64,000 nucleotides of DNA from Deltaproteobacteria bacterium (GTDB lineage Bacteria; Myxococcota_A; UBA9160; PR03), in assembly GCA_035063765.1 (NCBI GenBank), contig JAPSFT010000018.1, positions 4,593 to 68,592 on the forward strand. The letters are read 5' to 3'. The translations under genes were made by a program, and so were the position numbers. Positions 9,503 through 23,758 of the stretch are shown piece by piece. Numbering within the stretch: the first letter of the stretch is position 1; each line of letters opens with the position of its first letter. The notes under the pieces were generated by a model. The model had not been told where the DNA came from and searched no databases. It saw nothing but the letters and a program-made list of their open reading frames with translations.

Positions 9503-10585
9503 TTGCAACCGCGCAGCGGCGCCGACCCTCTCGCCCGCGACCTGCCGGCGCTCGGCGAGCGCCAGCAGCAGGTGCTGCGCGCGATCGTGGCGCGCTACGT
9601 GGGCGACGCGGCGCCGGTCGGCTCGCGCAGCGTGAGCCACGTCCTCGCGGTCCCGCTCTCGGCCGCGTCGATCCGCAACACGATGGCGGAGCTCGCCGAG
9701 CTCGGGCTCGTCGAGAAGCCGCACGCCTCCGCCGGCCGGGTGCCGACCGCACTCGGGCTGCGGGTGTTCGTGGACGCGCTGGCGCCGCGCGGCCTCGACG
9801 AGTTCGAGCGCCGCGCACTGGCGGCGGGGATGGGCGAGCCCGACCCCGAGTCGCTCGGGCGCGTCGCCTCGCGCGTGCTCTCGGAGTGCACCCGCCAGCT
9901 CGGCTTCGTCGTGGTGCCGCGCATCGAGGCGCTGCGGCTGCGCCACCTGACCCTGGTGCGGCTCTCGACGAGCCGTGTGCTCGCGGTGCTGGTCGCGGAG
10001 ACCGGCGAGACCCTGCGCCGGGTGGTCGCAGACGAGGAGTCGGGCGCGCAGCCCGAGCTCGACCGGCTCGCCTCCGCCCTGAACGAGCGGGTTGCCGGAC
10101 GGACGCTCAGCGAGCTGCGGGAGGCGCTCGCGCGCGAGGTGGCCGCCTTGCGCTCGCGGGCCGAGGGCGTGGTCGGTCGCGCGCTGCGGCTCGCCTGGCG
10201 CGCGCTCCAGGCCGAGGGCGGGGGCGAGACGGGCACCGGGCGGCACGATCTCGTGATCGCGACCTGGCTCGCGCTGCTCGATCAGCCCGAGTTCCAGGAT
10301 GCAACGCGGGTGCGCGAGCTCCTCGCCACGATCGAGACCCGCCAGGCGCTGCTCCAGGTGGTGGAACGGGTGCTGGGTGGTGGCGCCGGCGGCGTCCAGG
10401 TGGCGCTCGGCGAGGAGCTCGGCGAGCCCGAGCTGCGCCAGCTCGCCCTGGTCGCGGCACCCTACGGGAGCGGGGTCGCGCCGGGCGTGCTCGGCGTGAT
10501 CGGGCCGCGGCGGATGGACTACGCGCGCGTCATGGCGCTGGTCGGGTACCTGTCGGAGCTCGTGACGAGGAAGCTGTCGGCGTGA
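9503..10585 (+). CDS. hrcA: heat-inducible transcription repressor HrcA
   Basis: ORF 9437..10585. LGERQQQVLRAIVARYVGDAAPVGSRSV...IRNTMAELAELGLVEKPHASAGRVPT is HrcA-typical. I prefer TTG 9503, which sits 5 nt after AAGGAG; ATG 9437 is the alternative. Confidence 0.85.
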   Translation: MQPRSGADPLARDLPALGERQQQVLRAIVARYVGDAAPVGSRSVSHVLAVPLSAASIRNTMAELAELGLVEKPHASAGRVPTALGLRVFVDALAPRGLDEFERRALAAGMGEPDPESLGRVASRVLSECTRQLGFVVVPRIEALRLRHLTLVRLSTSRVLAVLVAETGETLRRVVADEESGAQPELDRLASALNERVAGRTLSELREALAREVAALRSRAEGVVGRALRLAWRALQAEGGGETGTGRHDLVIATWLALLDQPEFQDATRVRELLATIETRQALLQVVERVLGGGAGGVQVALGEELGEPELRQLALVAAPYGSGVAPGVLGVIGPRRMDYARVMALVGYLSELVTRKLSA

Positions 10586-11274
10586 GCGAAGGAGTGCGGC
10601 GACGCCCGCCGGGCGGCGGGGGCGGGGAAGGCTGGGAGGGCTTCGCGGAGGAGGCCGCGGGCACGCTCGGCCCGAGCCCGGAGCTCGAGGACGCGATGCG
10701 GGAGGCCGCCGAGTCGGTCGAGGCACTCCACGAGCATCGAAAAGAGCCAGGCGCGGGCGGCTCCCCCCAGGCCGAGCGCGCGGGGTCGGATCCGGCCGAG
10801 GCCGAGAGCAGTGAGCTCGCCGAGCTCAGGGACCGCTACCTGCGGCTTGCGGCGGACTTCGAAAACTTCCGCAAGCGGACGCTCAAGGACCGCGAAGAGG
10901 CGCATCACTTCGGGCACCAGAGCCTCGTCAAGGATCTGCTGCCGACGGTCGACAACCTCGAGCGCGCCGTCGACCACGCTCGCAAGGGCGGGGAGAGCTC
11001 GGGGCTGCTCGAAGGCGTGGAGCTGGTGCTGCGCGAGCTCGAGGCCCTGCTCGCCCGGTACGGCGTGACTCCCATCGAGGCCCTCGGGCAGGCCTTCGAT
11101 CCCGCCCTCCACGAGGCCATGGCCCAGGTGCCCGACGCCTCGAAGCCCCCCCACACCGTCGTCGAGGTCTTCCAGCGGGGCTACCAGCTCCGGGGCCGGC
11201 TCCTGCGCCCCGCGCGGGTCGTGGTGTCCCGCCCTCCTGAAGGTTCCGGCGCGGACGGCCGAAGAGACGGCTGA
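10582..11274 (+). CDS. grpE: nucleotide exchange factor GrpE
   Basis: C-terminal part of ORF 9886..11274. LRDRYLRLAADFENFRKRTLKDRE...LLPTVDNLERA...HEAMAQV. GTG 10582 overlaps the hrcA stop (GTGA); a later ATG is possible. Confidence 0.85.
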   Translation: MSEGVRRRPPGGGGGEGWEGFAEEAAGTLGPSPELEDAMREAAESVEALHEHRKEPGAGGSPQAERAGSDPAEAESSELAELRDRYLRLAADFENFRKRTLKDREEAHHFGHQSLVKDLLPTVDNLERAVDHARKGGESSGLLEGVELVLRELEALLARYGVTPIEALGQAFDPALHEAMAQVPDASKPPHTVVEVFQRGYQLRGRLLRPARVVVSRPPEGSGADGRRDG

Positions 11275-11319
11275 GGGGCCCGCGCCGGGCGGCCCCGTCG
11301 CGACGGGGGATCGCAGGCG

Positions 11320-13152
<1,833 letters not shown>

Positions 13153-13266
13153 CCGCTCGCGCCCCCGCGCCCGGACCGCGGGCGGCGGATCCACGCGTGC
13201 CCCGTTGCGCCTCGTTCGCGAGTGCCTAGGCTAGCCGCCGGTTTTCGCCCCGAGGGGGTCCGTCCG

Positions 13267-14391
13267 TTGGCCAAGCGCGACTACTACGAGGTGCTCGGGG
13301 TCGATCGCTCCGCCGACGCCGAGGCGCTGAAGAAGGCCTACCGGAAGCTGGCCCTGCAGCACCACCCGGACCGCAACCCGGACGACCCCGCCGCCGAGGA
13401 GAAGTTCAAGGAGGCGTCGGAGGCCTACGCCGTCCTCTCGGATCCCGAGAAGCGCCGCGCCTACGACCGCTTCGGCCACGAGGGCGTTGCGGGTGCGGGT
13501 GGCCCCGGCTTCGGCGACTTCGGCGACCTCGGCGCCTTCGGCGACGTGCTGAACGACCTCTTCGGCGATCTCTTCGGCCAGCGCGGCGGGAGCGGCGCGC
13601 GCCGCCGCGGCCGGGGCCGGCGCGGTGCCGACCTGCGCTACCAGCTCGACCTCGACCTCGTCGAGGTGCTCGAGGGCAAGGACGCCCGCATCTCGATCCC
13701 GAAGATGCGCCCGTGCGGGAGCTGCAGCGGCTCGGGCGCCCGTGCCGGCACCCGCCCCGAGAGCTGCGGCCGCTGCCGGGGCACCGGCCAGCTGATGTTC
13801 CAGCAGGGCTTCTTCCGGATCAGCCGGCCGTGCGACGCGTGCGGCGGCGCGGGCGAGATCGTGCGCGAGCGCTGCACCTCGTGCCGCGGCCAGGGGCGGG
13901 TCGAGAGCCAGCAGACCCTGTCCGTGAAGATCCCCCCCGGCGTCGAGAGCGGGACCCGCCTGCGCCTGGCCGGGGAGGGCGAGGCCGGCATCGAGGGCGG
14001 CCCCTCCGGCGACCTCTACGTCGACGTCGTCGTGCGCTCGCATCCCTTCTTCACGCGCGACGGTTCCGACCTCCACTGCCAGGTCCCGGTCTCCTTCGTG
14101 CAGGCGGCGCTCGGCGCCGAGATCGAGGTGCCGACGCTCGAGGGCAAGATCCCGATGCGCATGCCGGAGGGAACCCAGTCCGGCCGCGTGCTGCGGCTCG
14201 CGGGCAAGGGGCTGCCCGCGCTCGGCCGCCGCGGGCGCGGCGACGTCCTGGTCCAGATCTTCGTCGAGGTGCCGACCAAGCTCACCGACCGCCAGCGCGA
14301 GCTGCTCGAGCAGTTTGCCGAGGAGTCCGGAACGGAGGTGTCGCCGGTGACCCGGAGCTTCGTCGAGAAGCTGCGCGACTTCTTCAGTTGA
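13267..14391 (+). CDS. dnaJ: molecular chaperone DnaJ
   Basis: J-domain [34 protein letters not shown], a Gly/Phe-rich linker and four CxxCxGxG zinc-finger repeats. TTG 13267 is preferred over the ORF-track start 13222. Confidence 0.93.
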   Translation: MAKRDYYEVLGVDRSADAEALKKAYRKLALQHHPDRNPDDPAAEEKFKEASEAYAVLSDPEKRRAYDRFGHEGVAGAGGPGFGDFGDLGAFGDVLNDLFGDLFGQRGGSGARRRGRGRRGADLRYQLDLDLVEVLEGKDARISIPKMRPCGSCSGSGARAGTRPESCGRCRGTGQLMFQQGFFRISRPCDACGGAGEIVRERCTSCRGQGRVESQQTLSVKIPPGVESGTRLRLAGEGEAGIEGGPSGDLYVDVVVRSHPFFTRDGSDLHCQVPVSFVQAALGAEIEVPTLEGKIPMRMPEGTQSGRVLRLAGKGLPALGRRGRGDVLVQIFVEVPTKLTDRQRELLEQFAEESGTEVSPVTRSFVEKLRDFFS

Positions 14392-16526
14392 TGCGCGCGG
14401 GAGCGGCGCTGGCCCTGCTGCTGGCGGCAGCCTTCGGGCTGGGCTGCGCGCTGCTGCCCGGCGCCGAGCGCGGCGTCGGGGCGGACCGGCGCATCGTCGA
14501 CGACGCGCTGCGTGCGGCCGAGCGGGATCCGGCGATCGCGCGCGGGCGCCTCGCCGCCTTCCTGCGCACCCATCCCGGGAGTCCCCTCTTCGACGACGCC
14601 GCCCTCGCGCTGGCGCAGCTCGAGCGTGCCGCCGGCGACGAAGCCGGCGCGGAGAGCACCCTGCGCGCCGCCCTCGCACGCCAGCCGCGCGGCGACCGCA
14701 CCGACGCCGTGCGCGTCGAGCTCGCCGACCTGCTGGTCGCGCGCGGCGCGAGCGACGCCGCCTGGGTCGAGGCGCAGCGGGTCCGGCTCGGGCTCGTGCG
14801 CGACAGCGAACGCCCGCGTGCGGCGCGCCTGGTCGCCGAGCTGGCGCGCGCGCACGGCGACCGGCGGGCGGAGGCCCTGGCGCTCGCACGGCTGCGCGAC
14901 GAGACCCCCGCCGAGGGCGCGGCCGGCTACGACGCCGAGATCGGCCGGGCGCTCGCGGAGCTGCCGACGCCGGTCCTGCTCCAGGTCGCCGAGGGGCTCG
15001 GTGCCCGCCCGTCGGCGGCGCTGGTCTGGCTCGAGATCGGCGAGCGCGCCGAGCGCGAGGGCAACCGGGCGCTCGCGATCCGCGCCTTCGCGCGCGCCGA
15101 GCGCGCCACCCTGACTCCTTCCGACGGCGCGCGCCTCGAGCGGCTGGGCGCCGATCTCGAGGGGCGCGCGGCGCCGGGCGGACTGGCCGATGCTCCGCCC
15201 CGCCTGCGCGACGTCGACGGCGAGCTTCCGCTCGCCGACACGGATGAATTGTCAGGAGCGATCGGGGTGGTGCTGCCGCTCTCGGGCCCCTTCGGCTCCG
15301 TCGCCGAGCAGACGCTGCGCGGCGTGCTGCTGGCGGCGGGCGTCTACGGGCGCGGCGCCAGCGCCGATGTGGTGGCCGCGGAGGAGGCCGCCCCGGCGGG
15401 CGGCCTGCGCGTCGTCGTGCGCGACAGCGGCGGGACGGCGGCCGGCGCGGCCGAGGCGGTGCGCGCGCTGGCGGCCGAGCCCGACGTGCGCGCGGTCGTC
15501 GGCCCGCTCCTCACCGAGGAGGTGCAGGCGGCGGCCGACGCCGCCCAGGAGACCGGCCTGCCGCTGCTCGCGCTCACCCGACACGAGTCGGTGGTACGGC
15601 CGGGGGCGGGGGTGTTCCGGCTGGCGCTGACGCGGCGCATGGAGGCCGAGTCGCTCGCCGAGTACGCGGTCGGGAGCCGGGGCCTGCGCCGCATCGCGAT
15701 CCTGTACCCGAAGGACGACTACGGTCGCGAGTTCGAGGAGCTGCTCTGGCAGGCGGTGGAGGCGCGCGGCGGCCGCGTGGTGGGTGTGGCCGGCTACGTC
15801 CCGGGCGGCCGCGACCTGGCCGCACCGATCCGCTCGCTGGTCGGCTGGTCGCTGCTCTCGGAGGACCAGCGCGCCCGCCTCGCCGCGCGCGACGCCGAGC
15901 TGGCGCGCGCGGCGGCCGCCGGCACGTTGCCGGCGGCCGGGGCTGCGGCGACGGCCGCCGGCGCCGGTCTCGCCCCGGCCACCGCGCGGGGTGCGCAGCC
16001 GCTCTCCGGCGCGGGCTTCGCGGTGACCGATCCCGACGCGAACGAGCTGCCTCCGATCGTGGACTTCGACGCCCTCTTCGTCCCCGACGCGCCGGACATG
16101 GTGGGCGCGCTCGTGCCGCAGCTCGCAGAGCAGGGGGTCGACGGGGTCGTCCTGTTCGGGCCGAGCGCCTGGCACCATCCCGCGCTGCTCCGCGACGGCG
16201 GCACGCGTCTCGAAGGCGCCTTCTTCACCTCCTCCTTCGACGCCGCACACCCCGCGGCGCTCGTGCAGGAGTTCGACCGCCGCTACGCGAGCGCCTTCGG
16301 CGAGGAGCCGACCGTCTTCGCGGCGCAGGGCTTCGACGCCGCCAACCTGGTGGCGCTCCAGCTCGCCCGCGGCGCCAGCGACCGCGAGTCGCTGCGCCGC
16401 TCGCTGCTCGCGACGGAGCTCTATCCCGGCGTCTCCGGGCCCACCACCTTCGACCCCGACGGCAACGCCCGCAAGCGGCCCTTCCTGCTCGGCGTCGCGA
16501 GCGGCGGGCTGGTCTCGCTGGAGTAG
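14391..16526 (+). CDS. lipoprotein with N-terminal TPR-like helical half and C-terminal type-1 periplasmic-binding fold (LpoA-like architecture)
   Basis: In-frame part of ORF 13713..16526. ATG 14391 overlaps the dnaJ stop (TGATG). Lipobox AAFGLGC. The C-terminal half, from GAIGVVLPLSGPFGSVAEQTLRGV, resembles the LivK/Peripla_BP_6 family. Confidence 0.6.
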   Translation: MRAGAALALLLAAAFGLGCALLPGAERGVGADRRIVDDALRAAERDPAIARGRLAAFLRTHPGSPLFDDAALALAQLERAAGDEAGAESTLRAALARQPRGDRTDAVRVELADLLVARGASDAAWVEAQRVRLGLVRDSERPRAARLVAELARAHGDRRAEALALARLRDETPAEGAAGYDAEIGRALAELPTPVLLQVAEGLGARPSAALVWLEIGERAEREGNRALAIRAFARAERATLTPSDGARLERLGADLEGRAAPGGLADAPPRLRDVDGELPLADTDELSGAIGVVLPLSGPFGSVAEQTLRGVLLAAGVYGRGASADVVAAEEAAPAGGLRVVVRDSGGTAAGAAEAVRALAAEPDVRAVVGPLLTEEVQAAADAAQETGLPLLALTRHESVVRPGAGVFRLALTRRMEAESLAEYAVGSRGLRRIAILYPKDDYGREFEELLWQAVEARGGRVVGVAGYVPGGRDLAAPIRSLVGWSLLSEDQRARLAARDAELARAAAAGTLPAAGAAATAAGAGLAPATARGAQPLSGAGFAVTDPDANELPPIVDFDALFVPDAPDMVGALVPQLAEQGVDGVVLFGPSAWHHPALLRDGGTRLEGAFFTSSFDAAHPAALVQEFDRRYASAFGEEPTVFAAQGFDAANLVALQLARGASDRESLRRSLLATELYPGVSGPTTFDPDGNARKRPFLLGVASGGLVSLE

Positions 16527-16529
16527 CGC

Positions 16530-17426
16530 GTGACCGACGCAGACGACCGCGCCCGCATCGACCGCCTGCTCGCCGTGCTCGACGTCGAGGAGCTCGACGC
16601 CGATCTCTACCGGGGCCGGAACGAGGGCGGGCGCCCGGGGCGGATCTTCGGCGGGCAGGTGGCCGCGCAGGCGCTGGTGGCGGCGAGCCGCACGCTCCCG
16701 GCCGGGCGCTTCGCACACTCGCTGCACGGCTACTTCCTGCGTCCCGGCGACCCCGGTATTCCGGTGATCTACACCGTGCAGCGTCTGCGTGACGGAAAGT
16801 CGTTCGCGACCCGCCACGTGATCGCGCTCCAGCGCGGCAAGGCGATCTTCGACGCCTCGGTCTCGTTCCAGGTCCCGGAGCGCGGCTACGAGCACCAGAT
16901 GGCGATGCCCGAGGCGCCCGCGCCCGAGTCGCTGCCGACCCGCGAGGAGCTCGTGCGCCGCCATTTCGAGGCGATCCCGGAGGCCGACCGCCACTGGGTG
17001 GCGCAGAAGCGCGCCATCGACACGCGGCACGCCGAGCTTCCGACCTATTTCGGCGGCGGCCCGCGCCAGGGCCAGAACCTGGTCTGGTTCCGCGTCTCGT
17101 GCCGGCTCGACGACGACCTCGACCGCCACCAGCACCTCCTCACCTACATGTCCGACATGACGCTCCTCGACAACGCCGTGCTCCCGCACGGCCGGAGCGG
17201 GGCGCTCGGCCCGCTGATGGTGGCGAGCATCGACCACACGCTCTGGTTCCACCGCCCGGCGCGCGTCGACGACTGGCTCCTCTACGTGCAGGACAGCCCG
17301 GCGGCGGTCGGCGCGCGCGGCTTCGCGCGCGGCAGCATCTTCACGCGCGAGGGCGTGCTCGTGGCGTCGGTCGCGCAGGAGGGGCTCCTGCGCCCGGTCC
17401 ACCGCGCGGAGGACCGCTCGGAGTAG
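16530..17426 (+). CDS. tesB: acyl-CoA thioesterase II
   Basis: LLAVLDVEELDADLYRGRN...IFGGQVAAQALVAASRT...SLHGYFLRPGDP...DGKSFATR; double hotdog protein of 298 aa. Confidence 0.85.
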   Translation: MTDADDRARIDRLLAVLDVEELDADLYRGRNEGGRPGRIFGGQVAAQALVAASRTLPAGRFAHSLHGYFLRPGDPGIPVIYTVQRLRDGKSFATRHVIALQRGKAIFDASVSFQVPERGYEHQMAMPEAPAPESLPTREELVRRHFEAIPEADRHWVAQKRAIDTRHAELPTYFGGGPRQGQNLVWFRVSCRLDDDLDRHQHLLTYMSDMTLLDNAVLPHGRSGALGPLMVASIDHTLWFHRPARVDDWLLYVQDSPAAVGARGFARGSIFTREGVLVASVAQEGLLRPVHRAEDRSE

Positions 17427-17530
17427 GCGGCGGGCGGCACCGCGGCTGCGCGAGCGTGACCGCTCGGCGAGGGCGCGGCGCCGCGCACCTTCCGCCTCAA
17501 GCCCGCGCAGGCCCGGGACGAAACGGGGGC

Positions 17531-19978
<2,448 letters not shown>

Positions 19979-19997
19979 CGCCGGCCGCGCGAGCCGG

Positions 19998-20981
19998 TTG
20001 GCTCCCGGCGTGCGCAGGATCTCGGAGGTCGGCGAGTTCGCCCTGATCGCGCGCATCGAGCGCGCCTTGCGCCGTGCCCGCGCGGCCGGCGGCCCGTCGG
20101 TCGCGCTCGGCATCGGTGACGACGCCGCGCTGCTGCGGGTGCGGCCCGGCGAGCAGGTGGCGGTCTCGACCGATGCGCTCGTCGAGTCCGTGCACTTCCG
20201 CTGGGCGCACGAGCCGGCCGATGCGATCGGGCGTCGGGCGATGAGCGCGGCGCTCTCCGACCTGGCGGCGATGGGCGCGCGGCCGCTCGGGGTCGTGGTC
20301 GCGCTGTCCGTCCCGCCCCGGCTCGAGCTGGCGCGCGTCGACGGCCTCGTGCGCGGGCTCGCCGCCGTGGCGCGCCGCTGCGGCGCGCCGCTGGTCGGCG
20401 GCAACCTGACGCGCGGGCGCGACACGACCGTGGCCCTGACCGCGATCGGGGCCCTGCGGGCCGGACGCGCGCTGCGCCGCGCCGCGGCGCGGCCCGGCGA
20501 CCGCGTGCTCGTGACCGGAACCCTCGGCGGCGCGGCCCTCGCCCTCGCTCGGGCAGAGCGCGGCCGCCGGCGCCTCCCCGGTCGCCGGGGGCGAGGACCG
20601 GAGCCTCGCCTCGACGCCGGCCGCGCAATCGCGGCGCTGCCGGGCGCCGGCGCCTGCATCGACGTCTCCGACGGCCTGCTCGCCGACCTCGGCCACGTCC
20701 TCGAGGCCTCCCGCGTCGGGGCGACGATCGACCCGGCGCGGGTGCCGGCGCCGCGAGGCTTCGCGCGGGAGTGCGCGGCGCTCGGGCTCGATCCCCTCCG
20801 CCTCGCGCTGGCTGGCGGGGAGGACTACGAGCTCTGCTTCACCGTGCGGCCCGGGGCGCCGGGGGCTCGAGCTCTCGCTCGCCGGCTCGGCGTCCGCGTC
20901 ACCGAGATCGGCCGGATCGAAGGCCGGCGCGGGCTGCGGGGTGTGCCCGGGCACGGCCTCCCGGGCTGGACGCACTTCTAG
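19998..20981 (+). CDS. thiL: thiamine-monophosphate kinase
   Basis: [13 protein letters not shown]...[10 protein letters not shown]...[11 protein letters not shown]...DLAAMGARP...GGNLTRG; AIR-synthase-related fold. The start is TTG 19998 or GTG 20010. Confidence 0.85.
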   Translation: MAPGVRRISEVGEFALIARIERALRRARAAGGPSVALGIGDDAALLRVRPGEQVAVSTDALVESVHFRWAHEPADAIGRRAMSAALSDLAAMGARPLGVVVALSVPPRLELARVDGLVRGLAAVARRCGAPLVGGNLTRGRDTTVALTAIGALRAGRALRRAAARPGDRVLVTGTLGGAALALARAERGRRRLPGRRGRGPEPRLDAGRAIAALPGAGACIDVSDGLLADLGHVLEASRVGATIDPARVPAPRGFARECAALGLDPLRLALAGGEDYELCFTVRPGAPGARALARRLGVRVTEIGRIEGRRGLRGVPGHGLPGWTHF

Positions 20982-21061
20982 CCCCGGCCCGGCGCCCCCA
21001 TCGATGCGCAGGCCCGCGGTGGCCTTTCAAGCCAACTCCGCGAGGGGCCGATACGGCTCGC

Positions 21062-22345
21062 GTGCGCGTGCCGCTCTCGTCCAAGCTCGTCGTCCGCTCG
21101 CTGCTCGTGGCGGCAGCCGTGGTGTCCTTCCCCCACCTGGTGGTGGCGGCCGGGCTCACGGTGGCCGCCTGGGTCGCGCCCTTCGTGGCGCTCGGGGTCG
21201 GCGGCGGCCTCGGCTTCTTCCTCTCCCGCGAGCTCGGCCACCGCTTCGACGCGCTGCGCGAGGTCACGGCGCGCATCCGTGCCGGCGATCTGCGTGAGGC
21301 TCCGCTGCCGCGTCCCTCGCTCTTCCCGGACGAGACCGACGACATCGCGCGCAGCGTGCAGGAGATGCTCGCCAGCCTGCGCGAGGTGGTCGAGCAGGTG
21401 CAGCGCATCGGCGAGCGCGTCTCGGCGTCGGCGGGCGGGCTCTCGCGCTCGACACGCCAGAGCCAGGCCAGCCACGAGGAGGCCTCGGCCGCCGTCGAAG
21501 GCGTGGCCAAGGGCGTCGCGGACCAGCAGGCGCTGCTCGAGGACGCGATGCGCCGGATTCGCGACATCGCCGGGACCATCGAGCTCAACGCCTCGCGCGC
21601 CCGCGAGGCCTTCGGCTTCTCCGCCGAGGCGAGCCAGAAGGCGCACGCGGGCGTCGACGTCTCGCGGCTCGCGCTCGAGAAGATGAAGACCGTGTTCCAG
21701 CGCGTCGAGCAGGCCGGCGCGCTGGTCTTCCAGCTCGAGGCGAAGACCCGCCACGTCCACCAGATCACCGAGATGATCCACAGCGTCGCGCAGCGCACGA
21801 ACCTGCTGTCGCTGAACGCCTCGATCGAGGCGGCGCGTGCGGGCGAGGCCGGCCGCGGCTTCTCGGTCGTCGCCGACGAGATCCGCAAGCTCGCCGAGAG
21901 CTCCGGCCGCAGCGCCGAGGAGATCTCGAAGCTGATGCACGAGATCCAGGCGGAGACCGCCGAGGTGGCCGACGAGATGCGCCAGTCGGGAGTCGTGATC
22001 GGCGAGGGGCGCGACGACGTGAACACGATCGCCCACTCGCTCGAGCAGATCCAGTCGGCGGTGCAGGAAGCCGCCGGGCGTGCCGAGGAGATCTTCCAGG
22101 AAGCCGACGCACAGGCGCGTGACGCCGAGCGCATGGTGGGCGGCATGGACGAGATCGCGCGGGTCGGGATCGCGAACGGCGGCGCGATCCGCGAGGTGTC
22201 GGAGGCCGCGCAGGTGCAGCTCGCAGCGATCGCGGAGACGGCCTCGTCGGCGCACGCGCTCACCGAGCTGGCCGACGAGATGCGCGGCGTGCTGCGCCGC
22301 TTCCAGACCGGCGGCGCCCCGCCGCGCGCGGAGGCCGGGACGTGA
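21062..22345 (+). CDS. methyl-accepting chemotaxis protein (two TM helices, HAMP, no sizeable periplasmic domain)
   Basis: In-frame part of ORF 20771..22345 from GTG 21062. Signalling hairpin [44 protein letters not shown]-like segment follows TM2. Confidence 0.9.
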   Translation: MRVPLSSKLVVRSLLVAAAVVSFPHLVVAAGLTVAAWVAPFVALGVGGGLGFFLSRELGHRFDALREVTARIRAGDLREAPLPRPSLFPDETDDIARSVQEMLASLREVVEQVQRIGERVSASAGGLSRSTRQSQASHEEASAAVEGVAKGVADQQALLEDAMRRIRDIAGTIELNASRAREAFGFSAEASQKAHAGVDVSRLALEKMKTVFQRVEQAGALVFQLEAKTRHVHQITEMIHSVAQRTNLLSLNASIEAARAGEAGRGFSVVADEIRKLAESSGRSAEEISKLMHEIQAETAEVADEMRQSGVVIGEGRDDVNTIAHSLEQIQSAVQEAAGRAEEIFQEADAQARDAERMVGGMDEIARVGIANGGAIREVSEAAQVQLAAIAETASSAHALTELADEMRGVLRRFQTGGAPPRAEAGT

Positions 22346-22821
22346 GCGGGCCGAGCCCGCGGCCCCCGGCCGCCGCCGAGACGCGTCTCGTGCTCTTCGA
22401 GGTGGCGGGCGCCGCCTACGCGATCCCGATCGCCGAGGTGCTCGAGGTGATGGAGAGTGCGCCGACGGCCGGCATCCCGGGCCTGCCGCGGCGCCTGGCG
22501 GGCGTCGTGAACCATCACGGCGACGCGTTGCCGCTGGTCTCGCGCGAGGCGCTCTTCGATGTCGCGGGAGCGGCTCCGGGACCGTCGCAGCACGTGCTGG
22601 TCCTGGCCGAGCGCGACGGCGAGTCCGGAATGCTGGGCGTGCCGGTGGACCGCGTGGTCGGCCTGGCGGACGCGGCGCTCAGCCCGCACCAGGAGCCGGG
22701 GCTGGTGGTGGAGCGGCTGCCGGTTCGTGGCCGCGTGACGAGCGTGCTCGATGCCCGCCGCCTGCTCGGGCGTGCGGCGACCTTGATCGACGTGTCCACG
22801 ATGCCCGCGCACGCCCGCTGA
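22342..22821 (+). CDS. cheW: chemotaxis coupling protein CheW
   Basis: [24 protein letters not shown]... shows a CheW-like domain. GTG 22342 overlaps the MCP stop (GTGA). Confidence 0.85.
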   Translation: MSGPSPRPPAAAETRLVLFEVAGAAYAIPIAEVLEVMESAPTAGIPGLPRRLAGVVNHHGDALPLVSREALFDVAGAAPGPSQHVLVLAERDGESGMLGVPVDRVVGLADAALSPHQEPGLVVERLPVRGRVTSVLDARRLLGRAATLIDVSTMPAHAR

Positions 22822-22854
22822 GGGCGCGCGGCTGTTTCGAAGGGGAGGGTGACG

Positions 22855-23226
22855 ATGGCGAGCCGGGTCCTGGTGGCGGACGATGCGCGTTTCATGCGCC
22901 AGCTGATCCGCGAGATCATCGAGCCGGAAGGCTTCGAGGTGGTCGGTGAAGCGGCCGACGGCCGGGCGGTCGTCGAGGAGTTCTCGCGGCTGCAGCCCGA
23001 CGTGGTGACCATGGACATCGTGATGCCGAAGCGCTCGGGCATCGACGCGGTGAAGGAGATCCTGGCGCTCGATCCCAGCGCGAAGATCGTGATGGTGAGC
23101 GCGCTCGGGCAGGAGGCGCTGGTGATGGAGGCGCTCCAGGCGGGCGCCGCCGACTACGTCGTGAAGCCCTTCAAGCCCGATGCGGTGGTGACGACGCTGC
23201 GCAAGGTGATCGAGAAGGGCGAGTAG
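22855..23226 (+). CDS. cheY: response regulator CheY (receiver only)
   Basis: [12 protein letters not shown]...[16 protein letters not shown]...KIVMVSALG...DYVVKPF. ATG 22855 lies 5 nt after GGGGAGGG; GTG 22849 is the alternative. Confidence 0.92.
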   Translation: MASRVLVADDARFMRQLIREIIEPEGFEVVGEAADGRAVVEEFSRLQPDVVTMDIVMPKRSGIDAVKEILALDPSAKIVMVSALGQEALVMEALQAGAADYVVKPFKPDAVVTTLRKVIEKGE

Positions 23227-23675
23227 TGGATCCGGCCAAGTACCGGGCCCTGTTCCTCGAGGAGGCGACCGAGCACCTCGCGGAGATGAGCCGGGCGCTG
23301 CTCGAGCTCGAGAAGGATCCCCGCGCACGCGAGGCGATCGACCTCGTGTTCCGCATGGTCCACTCGCTGAAGGGGATGGGCGCCTCGCTCGGCTACGAGG
23401 CCGTGAGCGAGCTCTCCCACCGGCTGGAGGACCGCCTCGGCGCGTGGCGCGCGCGGGGCGGCATCGACGACCCGGCCGGGCTGCCGCTCCTGTTCCGCGG
23501 CCTCGAGAGCCTCGAGGGCATGGTGGCGGCCGTCCGCGAGACCGGCGGCGCACCGCAGCCCGACCCCGCCCTGGTGGCAGCGCTCGACGCGCACGCGCCG
23601 GAGCCGGCCCCGGCCGGGGAGGCTCCGGCCGCCGGCGCGCTGGTGCCAAAAAAAACCCCAGCGCGCGCCCGCTAG
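23226..23675 (+). CDS. cheA: CheA histidine kinase, P1 (Hpt) domain fragment ending just after an A8 tract
   Basis: The Hpt motif [15 protein letters not shown] carries the phosphorylatable His. The frame terminates at TAG 23673-23675, 18 nt after the A8 run. The rest of CheA continues in another frame. Confidence 0.8.
   Translation: MDPAKYRALFLEEATEHLAEMSRALLELEKDPRAREAIDLVFRMVHSLKGMGASLGYEAVSELSHRLEDRLGAWRARGGIDDPAGLPLLFRGLESLEGMVAAVRETGGAPQPDPALVAALDAHAPEPAPAGEAPAAGALVPKKTPARAR
23648..23655 (+). other. A8 homopolymer at the cheA frame break
   Basis: ctggtgccAAAAAAAAcccc. This is the only long A/T homopolymer I noticed in this GC-rich window. Adding one A, or a -1 slip, fuses the P1 frame to the P3-P5 frame. 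Confidence 0.9.
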
Positions 23676-23758
23676 CCTCCGCAGGTCGCGCGCCCGAAGC
23701 CGGGGCCGCGGAGGGCCCGGAAGCCGAAGGGGCGAGGGCGGCGCCGCCGCCGCCCTCG

